A stretch of 64,000 nt of DNA from Candidatus Binatia bacterium (lineage in GTDB: Bacteria; Desulfobacterota; Binatia; Bin18). Of this stretch, positions 22,614-32,728 are shown one piece after another. Made by a program: the position numbers and the translations under genes. Within the stretch, counting starts at the first letter, position 1, and every line of letters begins with the position of its first letter. The notes below the pieces were generated by a model, which did no database searches, was not told the DNA's origin, and saw only the letters and a list, made by a program, of their open reading frames with translations. The stretch covers positions 3,872,001-3,936,000 of the forward strand of contig OY761159.2 in NCBI GenBank assembly GCA_963664395.2. The letters are read 5' to 3'.

Positions 22614-23818
22614 GGCGAGGGAAGGGAGAGAGCGATGGCGAAGGAGCGGTTTAAGCGGACGAAGCCGCACATGAATGTGGGGACGATCGGGCATATTGAC
22701 CATGGGAAGACGACGTTAACGGCGGCGATCACGAGCGTGTTGGCGGAGCAGTCGATGGCGGTGGCGGTGGCGTTTGACGAGATTGACAAAGCGCCGGAGG
22801 AGAAGGAGCGCGGGATCACGATCAACACGGCGCACGTGGAATACGAGACCGAGCAGCGGCACTATGCGCACGTGGATTGTCCGGGGCATGCGGACTATAT
22901 CAAGAACATGATCACAGGGGCGGCGCAGATGGACGGGGCGATACTAGTGGTTGCGGCTTCGGATGGGCCGATGCCGCAGACGCGGGAGCACATTTTATTA
23001 GCGCGTCAAGTGGGGGTTCCGGCGATTGTCGTGTTCATGAACAAGGTAGACATGGTGGATGATGAGGAGCTACTGGATTTAGTGGACTTGGAGATGCGGG
23101 AACTGCTGTCGAAGTATGATTTTCCGGGCGATGAGACCCCGATCATTCGGGGGAGTGCGCTGCGGGCCTTAGAGGGGGAAGCGGAGGGGAAGGCGCAAGT
23201 GCTGGAGTTGATGGCGGCGGTAGACAGTTTTATTCCCGAGCCGGCGCGGGAAGTGGACCAAGAGTTTTTAATGTCCGTGGAGGACGTGTTTACGATTTCG
23301 GGGCGGGGGACGGTGGCGACGGGGCGCGTGGAGCGGGGGCGGGTCAAAGTGGGGGAAGAGGTAGAGATTGTGGGGATTCGGGAGACGCAGAAGACGACGG
23401 TGACCGGGGTAGAGATGTTCCGCAAGCTGTTAGATGAGGGCGTGGCGGGGGACAACGTGGGCTGTTTACTGCGGGGGATCAAGCGGGAAGAGATTGAGCG
23501 GGGGCAGGTTTTGGCGAAGCCGGGGAGTATCACGCCGCATACGAAGTATGAAGCCGAAGTGTATGTGTTGACGAAAGATGAGGGGGGGCGGCACACGCCG
23601 TTTTTCAATGGATATCGGCCGCAGTTTTACTTTCGGACGACGGATGTGACGGGGGCGGTGACGTTGCAAGCCGGCACGGAGATGGTGATGCCGGGGGACA
23701 ACACGCAGATGACGGTGGGGTTGTTGACGCCGATTGCCATGGATGAGGGGTTACGGTTTGCGATTCGAGAGGGAGGACGCACGGTGGGCGCGGGCGTCGT
23801 TACCAAAATCTTGGAGTA
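22614..23818 (+). repeat. Direct repeat copy 2 (21-nt 5' leader + tuf), offset 13836 bp from copy 1
   Basis: Matches 8778-9982 with no difference seen. Confidence 0.93.
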
Positions 23819-23819
23819 G
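22635..23819 (+). CDS. tuf: Elongation factor Tu (tufA position)
   Basis: Protein identical to 8799-9983. Confidence 0.99.
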   Translation: MAKERFKRTKPHMNVGTIGHIDHGKTTLTAAITSVLAEQSMAVAVAFDEIDKAPEEKERGITINTAHVEYETEQRHYAHVDCPGHADYIKNMITGAAQMDGAILVVAASDGPMPQTREHILLARQVGVPAIVVFMNKVDMVDDEELLDLVDLEMRELLSKYDFPGDETPIIRGSALRALEGEAEGKAQVLELMAAVDSFIPEPAREVDQEFLMSVEDVFTISGRGTVATGRVERGRVKVGEEVEIVGIRETQKTTVTGVEMFRKLLDEGVAGDNVGCLLRGIKREEIERGQVLAKPGSITPHTKYEAEVYVLTKDEGGRHTPFFNGYRPQFYFRTTDVTGAVTLQAGTEMVMPGDNTQMTVGLLTPIAMDEGLRFAIREGGRTVGAGVVTKILE

Positions 23820-23837
23820 AGTCCTATGACCAGCATA

Positions 23838-24146
23838 ATGAATGAAAAAATCCGCATCCGCCTGAAAGCATACGACCACCGGGTACTTGATCAATCGGTC
23901 AAAGAGATTGTCGAAACAGTCAAGCGGACCGGGGGGCGGGTCGCTGGTCCTATTCCACTTCCGACACGGATTGAACGGTTTACGGTGAACCGTTCACCTC
24001 ATGTTGACAAGAAGTCCCGGGAACAGTTCGAGATACGGACCCACAAGCGTTTGCTCGATATTCTTGACCCAACCCAGCAAACAATTGACGCGCTTGGAAA
24101 ACTGGAATTAGCTGCTGGAGTCGATGTTGAGATCAAGCTGGGGTAG
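23838..24146 (+). CDS. rpsJ: 30S ribosomal protein S10
   Basis: [32 protein letters not shown]; start ATG 23838 or 23826. Confidence 0.98.
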   Translation: MNEKIRIRLKAYDHRVLDQSVKEIVETVKRTGGRVAGPIPLPTRIERFTVNRSPHVDKKSREQFEIRTHKRLLDILDPTQQTIDALGKLELAAGVDVEIKLG

Positions 24147-24157
24147 TGAGGGAGCAG

Positions 24158-24784
24158 ATGATGCAAGGGTTAATAGGAAAGAAGCTTGGTATGACTCAGG
24201 TTTTTTCCGCTGATGGAGATCTTGTCCCGGTTACCGTAGTACAGACTGGTCCATGTACAGTTGTGCAAAAGAAGACTCAGCAAACAGATGGCTATACTGC
24301 TCTCCAGCTGGGGTTTGGGAATCAAAAACCACAACGTGTTTCTCGGCCTGTCTTAGGACATAGTCAGAAATCTGGCGCAGGCCCATTCGCCGTCCTCCGC
24401 GAGTTCCGGGTAGATAACGTTGATGGCTACGAGGTCGGCGGTGAAATCACGGTTGGGCAAGTCTTCCAGTTTGGGGACCGGGTCAACGTTGTCGGTCGGA
24501 CGAAAGGTCGAGGCTTTGCCGGAGTGGTGAAACGACATGGGATGAGTGGGTTTCCCAAGAGCCATGGAACGCATGAGTACTTTCGTCATGGTGGGGCTAT
24601 TGGAAACCGCTCGTATCCCGGAAAAGTTTTTAAAGGTAAGAGAATGGCAGGCCATTACGGGAATGATCGGATGAAGGCGTTGAACCTGCAAGTGGTTGAT
24701 GTCCAGCCGGACGAAAACCTCCTCTTCCTGCGTGGGTCTATACCGGGGGCGAGAGGACAGGTTGTCCTCATTCACAAGCCATAG
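24158..24784 (+). CDS. rplC: 50S ribosomal protein L3
   Basis: [32 protein letters not shown]. Confidence 0.97.
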   Translation: MMQGLIGKKLGMTQVFSADGDLVPVTVVQTGPCTVVQKKTQQTDGYTALQLGFGNQKPQRVSRPVLGHSQKSGAGPFAVLREFRVDNVDGYEVGGEITVGQVFQFGDRVNVVGRTKGRGFAGVVKRHGMSGFPKSHGTHEYFRHGGAIGNRSYPGKVFKGKRMAGHYGNDRMKALNLQVVDVQPDENLLFLRGSIPGARGQVVLIHKP

Positions 24785-24797
24785 GTAAGGATAATCA

Positions 24798-25439
24798 ATG
24801 GCAGATCAAGAAAGGTCTATGGACGTTCTCTCTGCTCAACGAGAGAAGGTCGGAGAGATTCCTCTTCCCGCTGTGATCGCTGAGCAGCCGCAGCGGGAGC
24901 ATTTATTGTTCGAAACGGTTAGAATGCAGTTGGCAAATCGTCGTGCTGGGACGGCGGCTACAAAGACGCGGGCGCAGGTGCGTGGCGGAGGAAGAAAACC
25001 TTGGCGACAAAAAGGAACAGGGCGGGCGCGGGCGGGAAGTAACCGGTCTCCAATATGGGTCGGTGGAGCAACGGTATTTGGTCCTCAGCCGCGCTCTTAT
25101 GCGTACCGTATGCCGCGCTCAGCTCGGAAGACCGCTCTGCGAGCAGCACTCGCGCAGAAGCTGCGCCAAGACGAGATGGTTGTCATCGATGCGATTCAGT
25201 TTGATGAGCCAAAAACGAAGCAGATGATCGCCCTTTTGGCTCAGCTTGAGATGGGAAACAGTGTCTTGATTATCCTGGCGGACGCAGATGCCAACGTGCA
25301 GAAATCTGCACGCAATTTGTCCGGGGTAAAAGTTCTCTTGAGCCAAGGACTTAATGTGTATGATCTGCTCCGGTACCGGAAGGTGTTAGTGACACAGGCT
25401 GCTATGCAACGGATAAGTGAGAGGCTCGGGGGGCAGTGA
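24798..25439 (+). CDS. rplD: 50S ribosomal protein L4
   Basis: GGGRKPWRQKGTGRARAGS, FGPQPR. Confidence 0.98.
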   Translation: MADQERSMDVLSAQREKVGEIPLPAVIAEQPQREHLLFETVRMQLANRRAGTAATKTRAQVRGGGRKPWRQKGTGRARAGSNRSPIWVGGATVFGPQPRSYAYRMPRSARKTALRAALAQKLRQDEMVVIDAIQFDEPKTKQMIALLAQLEMGNSVLIILADADANVQKSARNLSGVKVLLSQGLNVYDLLRYRKVLVTQAAMQRISERLGGQ

Positions 25440-25726
25440 TGGATGCCTATTCTGTCCTTGTGGCACCGTTGATCACCGAGAAATCAACATTGGCAAGTGA
25501 GGTAGGGAATCAGGTGGTTTTTCGGGTACATCCGCAGACCAACAAGGCAAGTATTAAAAACGCAGTTGAAGCGCTTTTTGATGTAAAGGTGAAACAGGTC
25601 CGGACCATTCAATATATCGGAAAGCGACGGCGTGTCGGTCGGTCTCAAGGGAGAAAGGCAGCCTGGAAGAAAGCTTATGTCACCCTACGTGATGGCGATC
25701 GTATAGACTTTTTTGAAGGGGCGTAA
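25439..25726 (+). CDS. rplW: 50S ribosomal protein L23
   Basis: PLITEKS, IKNAVEALFDVKV, WKKAYVTL. Confidence 0.97.
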   Translation: MDAYSVLVAPLITEKSTLASEVGNQVVFRVHPQTNKASIKNAVEALFDVKVKQVRTIQYIGKRRRVGRSQGRKAAWKKAYVTLRDGDRIDFFEGA

Positions 25727-25729
25727 CTC

Positions 25730-26557
25730 GTGGCTATCCGACAGTACAAACCAACGTCTGCTGGTAGACGCCTCCAGAGTGTTTCCGGCTTTAGTGATAT
25801 TACGAAGACAAAAAAGGGGCCGGAGCGGTCTTTGTTGGCGCCGCTCCATAAGCATGGTGGGCGGAATAACAGAGGACGGCTCACTACCCTTCACCGGGGG
25901 GGCGGGCATAAACGGCGGTACCGTTTGGTTGACTTCCGCCGCGACAAGGATGGCATTGAGGCGAAGGTTGCTGCTATAGAGTATGATCCAAACCGCTCTG
26001 CACGCATTGCCCTACTCCATTATGGCGACGGGGAGAAGCGCTACATCCTTGCCCCTGTCGGTCTTGCTGTGGGTAATGTTGTGATGTCAGGAGAATCAGC
26101 AGACATTCGCCCTGGTAATTGTTTACCGTTGCGGCGTATTCCGGTTGGTACGATCATCCACAATATCGAGCTGAAGATAGGCAAAGGGGCTCAGATTGTC
26201 AGGAGTGCCGGGACTTCTGCGCAACTCATGGCTAAAGAAGGTGTGTACGCAACAGTGAAGCTCCCTTCGGGAGAAGTGCGGATGGTGCATCAAAACTGTA
26301 AAGCCACCATCGGTCAGGTTGGCAACCTTGACCATGAGAACATCTCGTATGGGAAGGCTGGCCGTAGTCGGTGGTTCGGCCGCCGGCCGCGCGTGCGAGG
26401 AATCGCTATGAATCCGGTGGACCACCCACTTGGGGGAGGCGAAGGAAGAAGTAAGGGCAATCATCCCATGAGTCCGTGGGGTGTACTAGCCAAGGGGTAT
26501 AAGACCAGGCGACACTCAAGGTCAGACAAGTATATTGTACAAAAGAGAAAGAAATAA
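25730..26557 (+). CDS. rplB: 50S ribosomal protein L2
   Basis: [33 protein letters not shown]. Confidence 0.99.
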   Translation: MAIRQYKPTSAGRRLQSVSGFSDITKTKKGPERSLLAPLHKHGGRNNRGRLTTLHRGGGHKRRYRLVDFRRDKDGIEAKVAAIEYDPNRSARIALLHYGDGEKRYILAPVGLAVGNVVMSGESADIRPGNCLPLRRIPVGTIIHNIELKIGKGAQIVRSAGTSAQLMAKEGVYATVKLPSGEVRMVHQNCKATIGQVGNLDHENISYGKAGRSRWFGRRPRVRGIAMNPVDHPLGGGEGRSKGNHPMSPWGVLAKGYKTRRHSRSDKYIVQKRKK

Positions 26558-26558
26558 C

Positions 26559-26843
26559 ATGCCCCGCTCAGTCAAAAAAGGTCCATTCATTGATGACCAT
26601 TTATTGAAGAAGGTCGATACCGCTGTGCAGAGCGGTGATAAAAAAGTGATTAAAACGTGGTCGCGCCGTTCAATGATTATCCCTGACATGATTGGATTGA
26701 CATTCGCCGTGCACAATGGAAGAAAGTTCATCCCCGTCTATGTGACTGAAAATATGGTTGGCCATAAACTCGGTGAATTTTCTCCAACCCGGACATTCTA
26801 TGGCCATGCAGGGGATAAGAAGGGCGAAGTAAGAAGGAAGTAA
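26559..26843 (+). CDS. rpsS: 30S ribosomal protein S19
   Basis: [25 protein letters not shown]; ATG 26559. Confidence 0.98.
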   Translation: MPRSVKKGPFIDDHLLKKVDTAVQSGDKKVIKTWSRRSMIIPDMIGLTFAVHNGRKFIPVYVTENMVGHKLGEFSPTRTFYGHAGDKKGEVRRK

Positions 26844-26856
26844 GGGGGGATATGTA

Positions 26857-27189
26857 ATGGAGGTTCGCTCAATTACTCGTCAGGTGCGGATAGCGCCGCG
26901 GAAGGCCCGTTTAGTGGCGGACCTCATCCGTGGAAAGCAGGTCGAAGCCGCGCTTATGGCCCTGCGCTTTTCTCAAAAGAAGGCGGCGCGCATTTTTACA
27001 AAAACTCTGCAATCTGCTATTGCAAATGCAACAGATACGCAGAATGTTGATCCCGACACGTTGTATGTGAAGCAGGCCACCGTAAACGGGGGAGCGACCC
27101 TCCGGCGCTTTACCCCCCGTGCGCATGGACGGGCCACTCCGATCCGAAAGCGGACGAGCCACTTTACCGTTGTCGTAGACGAGCAATAA
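26857..27189 (+). CDS. rplV: 50S ribosomal protein L22
   Basis: [30 protein letters not shown]. Confidence 0.98.
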   Translation: MEVRSITRQVRIAPRKARLVADLIRGKQVEAALMALRFSQKKAARIFTKTLQSAIANATDTQNVDPDTLYVKQATVNGGATLRRFTPRAHGRATPIRKRTSHFTVVVDEQ

Positions 27190-27205
27190 ACGAAAGAAGA
27201 ACAGA

Positions 27206-27868
27206 ATGGGTCAAAAAGTACACCCGAAAGGGTTTCGAGTCGGGATTCTCGAAGGGTGGGAGTCTCGCTGGTATGCAGAAAAAGAGTACGCCACGCTACT
27301 GCATGATGATATCCGTATCCGGGAGTTCATTAAGAAGCGTCTCTATCATGCTGGCATTGCAAAAATTGAAGTGGAGCGGGCCGCCAACAAAGCCAAGATT
27401 AATATTTATACAGCTCGCCCCGGCATTGTGATTGGAAAAAAAGGGGTAGAGATAGAAAAGTTGAAAGTCGAGCTTGCCAAGCAGACCGATGGGGAAGTCT
27501 ATTTGAATATTCACGAAGTACGGCGTCCCGACCTGGACGCACAACTCGTCTCTGAAAATGTAGCACTGCAACTCGAACGGCGAATCGCCTTTCGGCGTGC
27601 TATGAAAGAGTGCGTTGCGCGGGCTACTCGTATGGGAGCACAAGGGGTGAAGGTGCGTTGTTCGGGTCGGCTTGGTGGGGCTGAGATCGCCCGCACCGAG
27701 TGGTACCGAGAAGGGCGAGTTCCGCTCCATACGTTGCGTGCCGATATTAGCTATGGTGTGGCAGAAGCCCGAACCACGTATGGCGTTATTGGTGTGAAGG
27801 TGTGGATCTTCCGAGGTGAGGTCCTCACTAAAGAGGAAGAGCAACAACGCTCAACCGTAAGTGCGTAA
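27206..27868 (+). CDS. rpsC: 30S ribosomal protein S3
   Basis: [37 protein letters not shown]. Confidence 0.99.
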   Translation: MGQKVHPKGFRVGILEGWESRWYAEKEYATLLHDDIRIREFIKKRLYHAGIAKIEVERAANKAKINIYTARPGIVIGKKGVEIEKLKVELAKQTDGEVYLNIHEVRRPDLDAQLVSENVALQLERRIAFRRAMKECVARATRMGAQGVKVRCSGRLGGAEIARTEWYREGRVPLHTLRADISYGVAEARTTYGVIGVKVWIFRGEVLTKEEEQQRSTVSA

Positions 27869-27880
27869 GGGACGTCAGGT

Positions 27881-28309
27881 ATGCTCTCTCCGAGGAAAAC
27901 GAAATTCCGAAAACAGCAGCGCAGGCGCATATATGGCAACGCCCAACGTGGTGCTACCCTCTCGTTTGGTGACTATGGCCTGCAAACGCTTGAACGTGGA
28001 TGGGTGACTGCACGACAAATAGAGGCGGCCCGGATTGCCTTGACCCGTCACGTACGACGGGGTGGTCGTATTTGGATACGCATCTTCCCTGATAAGCCAG
28101 TGACCAAAAAGCCGGCAGAAACGCGAATGGGGAAGGGCAAGGCGGCGCCTGAGTTTTGGGTCGCCGTTGTCAAGCCGGGACGGATGCTCTTCGAAATCGA
28201 AGGAGTTCCGCGCGAGACTGCCCGGGAGGCTCTGCGGCTTGCTGCAAACAAACTGCCCGTCAGCACGCAGATACGAGAGCGGCCAGGAGCGACATATGCG
28301 GGCGAGTGA
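27881..28309 (+). CDS. rplP: 50S ribosomal protein L16
   Basis: [28 protein letters not shown]. Confidence 0.98.
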   Translation: MLSPRKTKFRKQQRRRIYGNAQRGATLSFGDYGLQTLERGWVTARQIEAARIALTRHVRRGGRIWIRIFPDKPVTKKPAETRMGKGKAAPEFWVAVVKPGRMLFEIEGVPRETAREALRLAANKLPVSTQIRERPGATYAGE

Positions 28310-28505
28310 AGTCCGAGACTTGACAGACGAAGAAATACAGGGAAAAGCGCGAGATCTGAGTGAAGAGCTCTTTCGTCTCCGCCTGAGGAGGGGGGCAGGG
28401 CAAATTGAAGATCCCATGCAGATCCGAAAAATTCGTCGAGACATTGCTCGGGTGAAGACTATCCAAAGCGAACGTGTTCGCACCGCGAATAAAGAACGGA
28501 GCTAG
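28296..28505 (+). CDS. rpmC: 50S ribosomal protein L29
   Basis: [23 protein letters not shown]; ATG 28296. Confidence 0.95.
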   Translation: MRASEVRDLTDEEIQGKARDLSEELFRLRLRRGAGQIEDPMQIRKIRRDIARVKTIQSERVRTANKERS

Positions 28506-28507
28506 GT

Positions 28508-28765
28508 GTGCCTGGAAACCGGAAAGTCAGACAAGGGGTTGTCGTCAGTGATAAGATGGACAAAACTGTCACGGTCCAAGTTGAGCGGCTTGTACGTCAC
28601 CCTATGTACAAGAAGTATATTCGCCAACGGAAAAAATACAAAGCGCATGACCCCGCCAATGAATGCCAGACCGGAGATATTGTCACAATCACAGAAACGA
28701 GACCCCTCAGTCGAGATAAACGCTGGCGCGTGCGAGCAGTATTGAAGTCGGAGACGTCAGGGTAA
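28508..28765 (+). CDS. rpsQ: 30S ribosomal protein S17
   Basis: [27 protein letters not shown]. Confidence 0.98.
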   Translation: MPGNRKVRQGVVVSDKMDKTVTVQVERLVRHPMYKKYIRQRKKYKAHDPANECQTGDIVTITETRPLSRDKRWRVRAVLKSETSG

Positions 28766-28785
28766 GAAAGTAGAGAGGTAGGAAT

Positions 28786-29154
28786 ATGATTCAGGTAGAA
28801 TCAGTGCTTGACGTCGCTGATAACTCGGGAGCGCGCCGCGTTCGCTGTATTCGCGTCCTGGGTGGGACACGTCGGAGGTATGCGTCGGTTGGTGATGAAG
28901 TTGTTGTTTCGGTACGGGAAGCTATCCCCAATGCTAAAGTGAAAAAAGGCGATGTGATGCGAGCTGTTGTTGTCCGGACAGCTAAAGAGCTCGGTCGTCC
29001 AGATGGCTCGTATATTCGTTTTGATACCAACTCCGCTGTGTTGCTAGACAACCAGCGTGAGCCGCTTGGAACACGTATTTTCGGGCCTGTAGCGCGTGAG
29101 CTACGAGCGAAGCGTTTTATGAAAATTATTTCCCTCGCCCCAGAGGTATTGTAG
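28786..29154 (+). CDS. rplN: 50S ribosomal protein L14
   Basis: [27 protein letters not shown]. Confidence 0.99.
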   Translation: MIQVESVLDVADNSGARRVRCIRVLGGTRRRYASVGDEVVVSVREAIPNAKVKKGDVMRAVVVRTAKELGRPDGSYIRFDTNSAVLLDNQREPLGTRIFGPVARELRAKRFMKIISLAPEVL

Positions 29155-29162
29155 GACAGGCA

Positions 29163-29477
29163 ATGGCTGCACGCATTAAAAAAAATGACTCTGTGATGAT
29201 TATCGCTGGAAAAGAGCGAGGGAAAATTGGGAAGGTCATCCGGGTACAGCCGGAACGGGGGCGTGCAGTTGTTGAGCGCCTCAATATGGTGAAGCGCCAC
29301 GTTAAGCCGCGTGGGCCGCAGGATCCTGGGGGGATATTGGAAAAAGAAGCTTCCATTCACCTCTCGAATTTGATGTTGGTTGACCCCCAAGACGGCCACC
29401 CGACGCGTATCGGATTTAAGGTTGTTGATGGCAGAAAGATGCGTGTAAGTAGGCGGACTGGTAATGTGTTGGACTAA
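29163..29477 (+). CDS. rplX: 50S ribosomal protein L24
   Basis: [27 protein letters not shown]. Confidence 0.97.
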   Translation: MAARIKKNDSVMIIAGKERGKIGKVIRVQPERGRAVVERLNMVKRHVKPRGPQDPGGILEKEASIHLSNLMLVDPQDGHPTRIGFKVVDGRKMRVSRRTGNVLD

Positions 29478-29482
29478 AGAAT

Positions 29483-30022
29483 ATGGTTCGTATTAAAGAT
29501 ATTTACTATAAACAAGTGCTCCCTGCCCTGAAACAAGAGTTGGGGTGCGCCAATATTATGCAGGTCCCCCGTCTGTCAAAAATTGTTGTCAATATGGGCT
29601 TAGGGGAAGGGGCCACGAACGCCAAGTTGCTGGAAGGTAGTGTGGAGGAAATCGGGCTGATTGTGGGACAAAAGCCTGTTGTCACTCGGGCGCACAAATC
29701 TATTGCGAATTTTAAACTTCGAGAAGGAATGACGATCGGTTGTGCTGTCACGTTACGTGGAGAACGGATGTATGAATTTTTTGATCGTCTCGTTAATGTA
29801 GCGCTCCCCCGAGTGAGAGATTTTCGAGGTATATCTGATAGTTCTTTTGACGGCAGAGGTAATTACTCTCTAGGGATTCGGGAACATACAATTTTTCCTG
29901 AAATAAATTTAGATAAAGTTGATCAAATAAAGGGGTTCACTGTCTCTATGGTAACCACGGCAAAAACAGATATAGAGGGGCGTGCGTTGCTACGGGCACT
30001 TGGCATGCCTTTTCGGAGTTAA
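29483..30022 (+). CDS. rplE: 50S ribosomal protein L5
   Basis: [29 protein letters not shown]. Confidence 0.98.
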   Translation: MVRIKDIYYKQVLPALKQELGCANIMQVPRLSKIVVNMGLGEGATNAKLLEGSVEEIGLIVGQKPVVTRAHKSIANFKLREGMTIGCAVTLRGERMYEFFDRLVNVALPRVRDFRGISDSSFDGRGNYSLGIREHTIFPEINLDKVDQIKGFTVSMVTTAKTDIEGRALLRALGMPFRS

Positions 30023-30027
30023 GGGCT

Positions 30028-30213
30028 ATGGCACGAACATGTTTGCGCGTAAAGGCACAACGGAAGCCTAAGTTTCGCGTTCGGGAATATAATCGCTGTC
30101 CGCTGTGTGGACGCTCTCGTAGCTTCTACCGTCGGTTCCGTATGTGTCGTATCTGCCTACGGACCTATGCACTAAAGGGCCAGATCCCTGGTATGACTAA
30201 GGCAAGCTGGTAG
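30028..30213 (+). CDS. rpsN: 30S ribosomal protein S14 (short zinc-binding type Z)
   Basis: 61 aa, RCPLCGR..CRICLR, GQIPG..KASW. Confidence 0.97.
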   Translation: MARTCLRVKAQRKPKFRVREYNRCPLCGRSRSFYRRFRMCRICLRTYALKGQIPGMTKASW

Positions 30214-30224
30214 GGAAGAGGATT

Positions 30225-30620
30225 ATGCAAACTGATCCTATTGCAGATCTGTTGACGTGTGTTCGCAATGCGTTACGCGCACGGAAAAAGACGGTCTCTG
30301 TGCCGCGCTCCCGGGTCAAGGAGGCTATTGTTAAAATCCTTGTAGCTGAGGGATTCATCCAGAATTATCGGAGTGTTGAGCACAACGGATTTCCCTCTCT
30401 CACCATTGATCTCAAGTACGACGCAGCCGGTCGCCCCGCACTCCATGGCGTGCAGCGCGTCAGTAAGCCGAGTCTGCGAACCTATGTACGGGCGGATGCG
30501 ATTCCAGCCGTGCGTAACGGACTCGGGGTGAGTATTCTGTCGACCTCTCGCGGAGTAGTGGTTGACCAGGAGGCCCGCACGCTTCGTATCGGTGGGGAAG
30601 TGCTGTGTAGTGCGTGGTAA
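30225..30620 (+). CDS. rpsH: 30S ribosomal protein S8
   Basis: DPIADLLT, RVSKPSLR.Y, GLG.SILSTSRG, GGEVLC. Confidence 0.97.
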   Translation: MQTDPIADLLTCVRNALRARKKTVSVPRSRVKEAIVKILVAEGFIQNYRSVEHNGFPSLTIDLKYDAAGRPALHGVQRVSKPSLRTYVRADAIPAVRNGLGVSILSTSRGVVVDQEARTLRIGGEVLCSAW

Positions 30621-30642
30621 ATTAGAAAGAGAGAAATAACGT

Positions 30643-31191
30643 ATGTCTGGTGTTGGGCACAAGCCGATCACGCTACCGGATGCAGTGAAAATATCACATG
30701 TCGAGGAAACGCTAACGGCTGAAGGGCCAAAGGGGGTCCTGCAAGTACCGGTTGACGCTGCGCTTTCAGTCGAAATTACGACAGCCAGTGTGATGTTGAG
30801 TCGGCCAGACGACTCTCGCCGTTCTAAAGCGAGGCAAGGGCTTACCCGGAAGCTTGTCGCCAATGCGGTTCAAGGGGTCTCGACTGGATTCTCGAAGGTG
30901 CTAGAAATTAACGGGGTGGGATATCGGGCGGACGCTGTGAAGGACATCTTACATCTGAGCCTTGGGTTTTCTCATCCTATTTTCTTCCAACTTCCTGCGG
31001 GCATCAGCGTTAAGGTAGACCGGCAGACGCAGATTACAATTGAAGGAATTGACAAACAACTTGTCGGAGAAGTTGCTGCATCAATCCGTCGGTTACGTCC
31101 GCCTGAGCCATACAAGGGAAAAGGGATTAAATACGTAGACGAGCATGTGCGGAGAAAAGCTGGAAAGACCGCTGTTGCTGCTGGAGGATAA
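30643..31191 (+). CDS. rplF: 50S ribosomal protein L6
   Basis: GPKG, GVGYRA, LGFSHP, RPPEPYKGKGI. Confidence 0.98.
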   Translation: MSGVGHKPITLPDAVKISHVEETLTAEGPKGVLQVPVDAALSVEITTASVMLSRPDDSRRSKARQGLTRKLVANAVQGVSTGFSKVLEINGVGYRADAVKDILHLSLGFSHPIFFQLPAGISVKVDRQTQITIEGIDKQLVGEVAASIRRLRPPEPYKGKGIKYVDEHVRRKAGKTAVAAGG

Positions 31192-31193
31192 GA

Positions 31194-31565
31194 ATGGCAG
31201 GGACGAACCCTCGCGAACGGAGCCGCCTACTCCGTCAAAGGCGGATGAGACGGAAAGTGCGTGGAACGGATATTCGACCGCGCTTATGTATCTACCGCAG
31301 CAATAAACATCTCTATGCCCAGGTTATTTCTGATGAGAGCGGTCGGTCTTTAGCATCTGTCTCAACTCTTTCAGCAGATCTCAAGGAACGTGTTCAGCAA
31401 AAGACGGCGACCGTCTCTGCAGCAAAAGAAGTGGGGCAGCTCATTGCTAAAAAGTGCCAAAAACAGGGGATACAGACGGTCATTTTTGACCGGAACGGAT
31501 TCCTCTTTCATGGACAGGTTCGCGCTGTCGCCGAGGCGGCGCGCGAAGCTGGCCTACAATTCTAA
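31194..31565 (+). CDS. rplR: 50S ribosomal protein L18
   Basis: [23 protein letters not shown]. Confidence 0.97.
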   Translation: MAGTNPRERSRLLRQRRMRRKVRGTDIRPRLCIYRSNKHLYAQVISDESGRSLASVSTLSADLKERVQQKTATVSAAKEVGQLIAKKCQKQGIQTVIFDRNGFLFHGQVRAVAEAAREAGLQF

Positions 31566-31570
31566 GGAGT

Positions 31571-32089
31571 ATGCCTGTGGCGGCTGACGATGATCGGATT
31601 AATCCTGACGCGCTCGATATTCAAGAGAAGGTCGTTCATATCAATCGTGTGAGCAAGGTGGTCAAGGGCGGGCGCCGTTTCAGTTTTAGCGCCGTTGTTG
31701 TGGCTGGGGATGGTGCTGGACATGTTGGCTACGGCTTGGGGAAGGCCCGCGAAGTCCCGGAAGCCATCCGAAAAGGCGTTGAACGCGCGAAGAAGTCTTT
31801 GATTCGTGTGCCTCTCGTCGAAGATACGTTACCGTATGCGGTTATTGGTCGGCATGGTGCGGGTAAAGTGCTGCTCAAACCCGCCGCAGCTGGCACTGGT
31901 CTCATAGCGGGCGGCGGTGTACGTATCGTGATGGAATTGGCCGGCGTACGCAACGCTCTTACAAAATGTCTTGGATCGACCAATCCACATAATTCTGTGA
32001 AGGCCACACTGGCCGCACTGGAAAGCTTGGAGGGTCCAGAGCAGGTTGCCGAGCGGAGGGGGAAACCCTCGCTGCTCATGAAAGGATAA
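31571..32089 (+). CDS. rpsE: 30S ribosomal protein S5
   Basis: [26 protein letters not shown]. Confidence 0.98.
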   Translation: MPVAADDDRINPDALDIQEKVVHINRVSKVVKGGRRFSFSAVVVAGDGAGHVGYGLGKAREVPEAIRKGVERAKKSLIRVPLVEDTLPYAVIGRHGAGKVLLKPAAAGTGLIAGGGVRIVMELAGVRNALTKCLGSTNPHNSVKATLAALESLEGPEQVAERRGKPSLLMKG

Positions 32090-32092
32090 GGC

Positions 32093-32296
32093 ATGGCAGA
32101 CGCGGGAAAAGGGAAGGTTTTAGCCATCACCTTAAAGCGTAGTGAAATTGGAGGCACTCGGCGTCAGCGCGAGACGCTGCGCGGCCTTGGACTGAAACAT
32201 GTTGGGAAGACTGTGCTGCGGAACGATTCGTCATCACTCCAAGGGATGGTGAATCGAGTGTCCCATCTTATCGAGGTGCGTGAGAATGGATCTTAG
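32093..32296 (+). CDS. rpmD: 50S ribosomal protein L30
   Basis: ITLKRSEIG, TLRGLGL, GMVNRVSHL. Confidence 0.95.
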   Translation: MADAGKGKVLAITLKRSEIGGTRRQRETLRGLGLKHVGKTVLRNDSSSLQGMVNRVSHLIEVRENGS

Positions 32297-32726
32297 TCAC
32301 TTAAAGCCCGCCCCTGGGGCGATGAAAAAACGGAAACGGGTCGGCCGCGGTCCTGGCTCTGGACTCGGAAAAACAGCAGGTCGAGGTCATAAAGGAAGCG
32401 GCGCGCGCTCTGGTGGAAATATCCCGCCTGGTTATGAGGGTGGACAAATGCCGCTCTCCCGCAGGCTGCCCAAACGAGGATTTCACAATCCGTTTCGGCA
32501 AGAGTACACCATCATTAACATTGGGAGTCTGGAACGCTTTGAGGCTGGTGCTGTAGTCGATCTTGATGTTTTCCGCCAGTCTGGTCTCGTGTGTGGCCGT
32601 AAGTGTAAGGTAAAAATATTGGCAAAGGGAGAACTGACAAAGGCCCTGACTGTCAGAGCCCATGCCTTTAGCTCGCAAGCCCGTGAAAAGATCACTGCGC
32701 TGGGAGGGATAGCTGAGGTCGGGTAA
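32286..32726 (+). CDS. rplO: 50S ribosomal protein L15
   Basis: RVGRGPGSGLGKTAGRGHKG, EGGQMPL.RRLPKRGF; ATG 32286. Confidence 0.98.
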   Translation: MDLSHLKPAPGAMKKRKRVGRGPGSGLGKTAGRGHKGSGARSGGNIPPGYEGGQMPLSRRLPKRGFHNPFRQEYTIINIGSLERFEAGAVVDLDVFRQSGLVCGRKCKVKILAKGELTKALTVRAHAFSSQAREKITALGGIAEVG

Positions 32727-32728
32727 CA

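Noticed and set aside
8799-23819. tuf pair as a diversity-generating retroelement TR/VR pair or as mobile-element ends
   Set aside because: No adenine-specific differences and no reverse transcriptase or recombinase; both copies sit at the canonical tufA and tufB positions.
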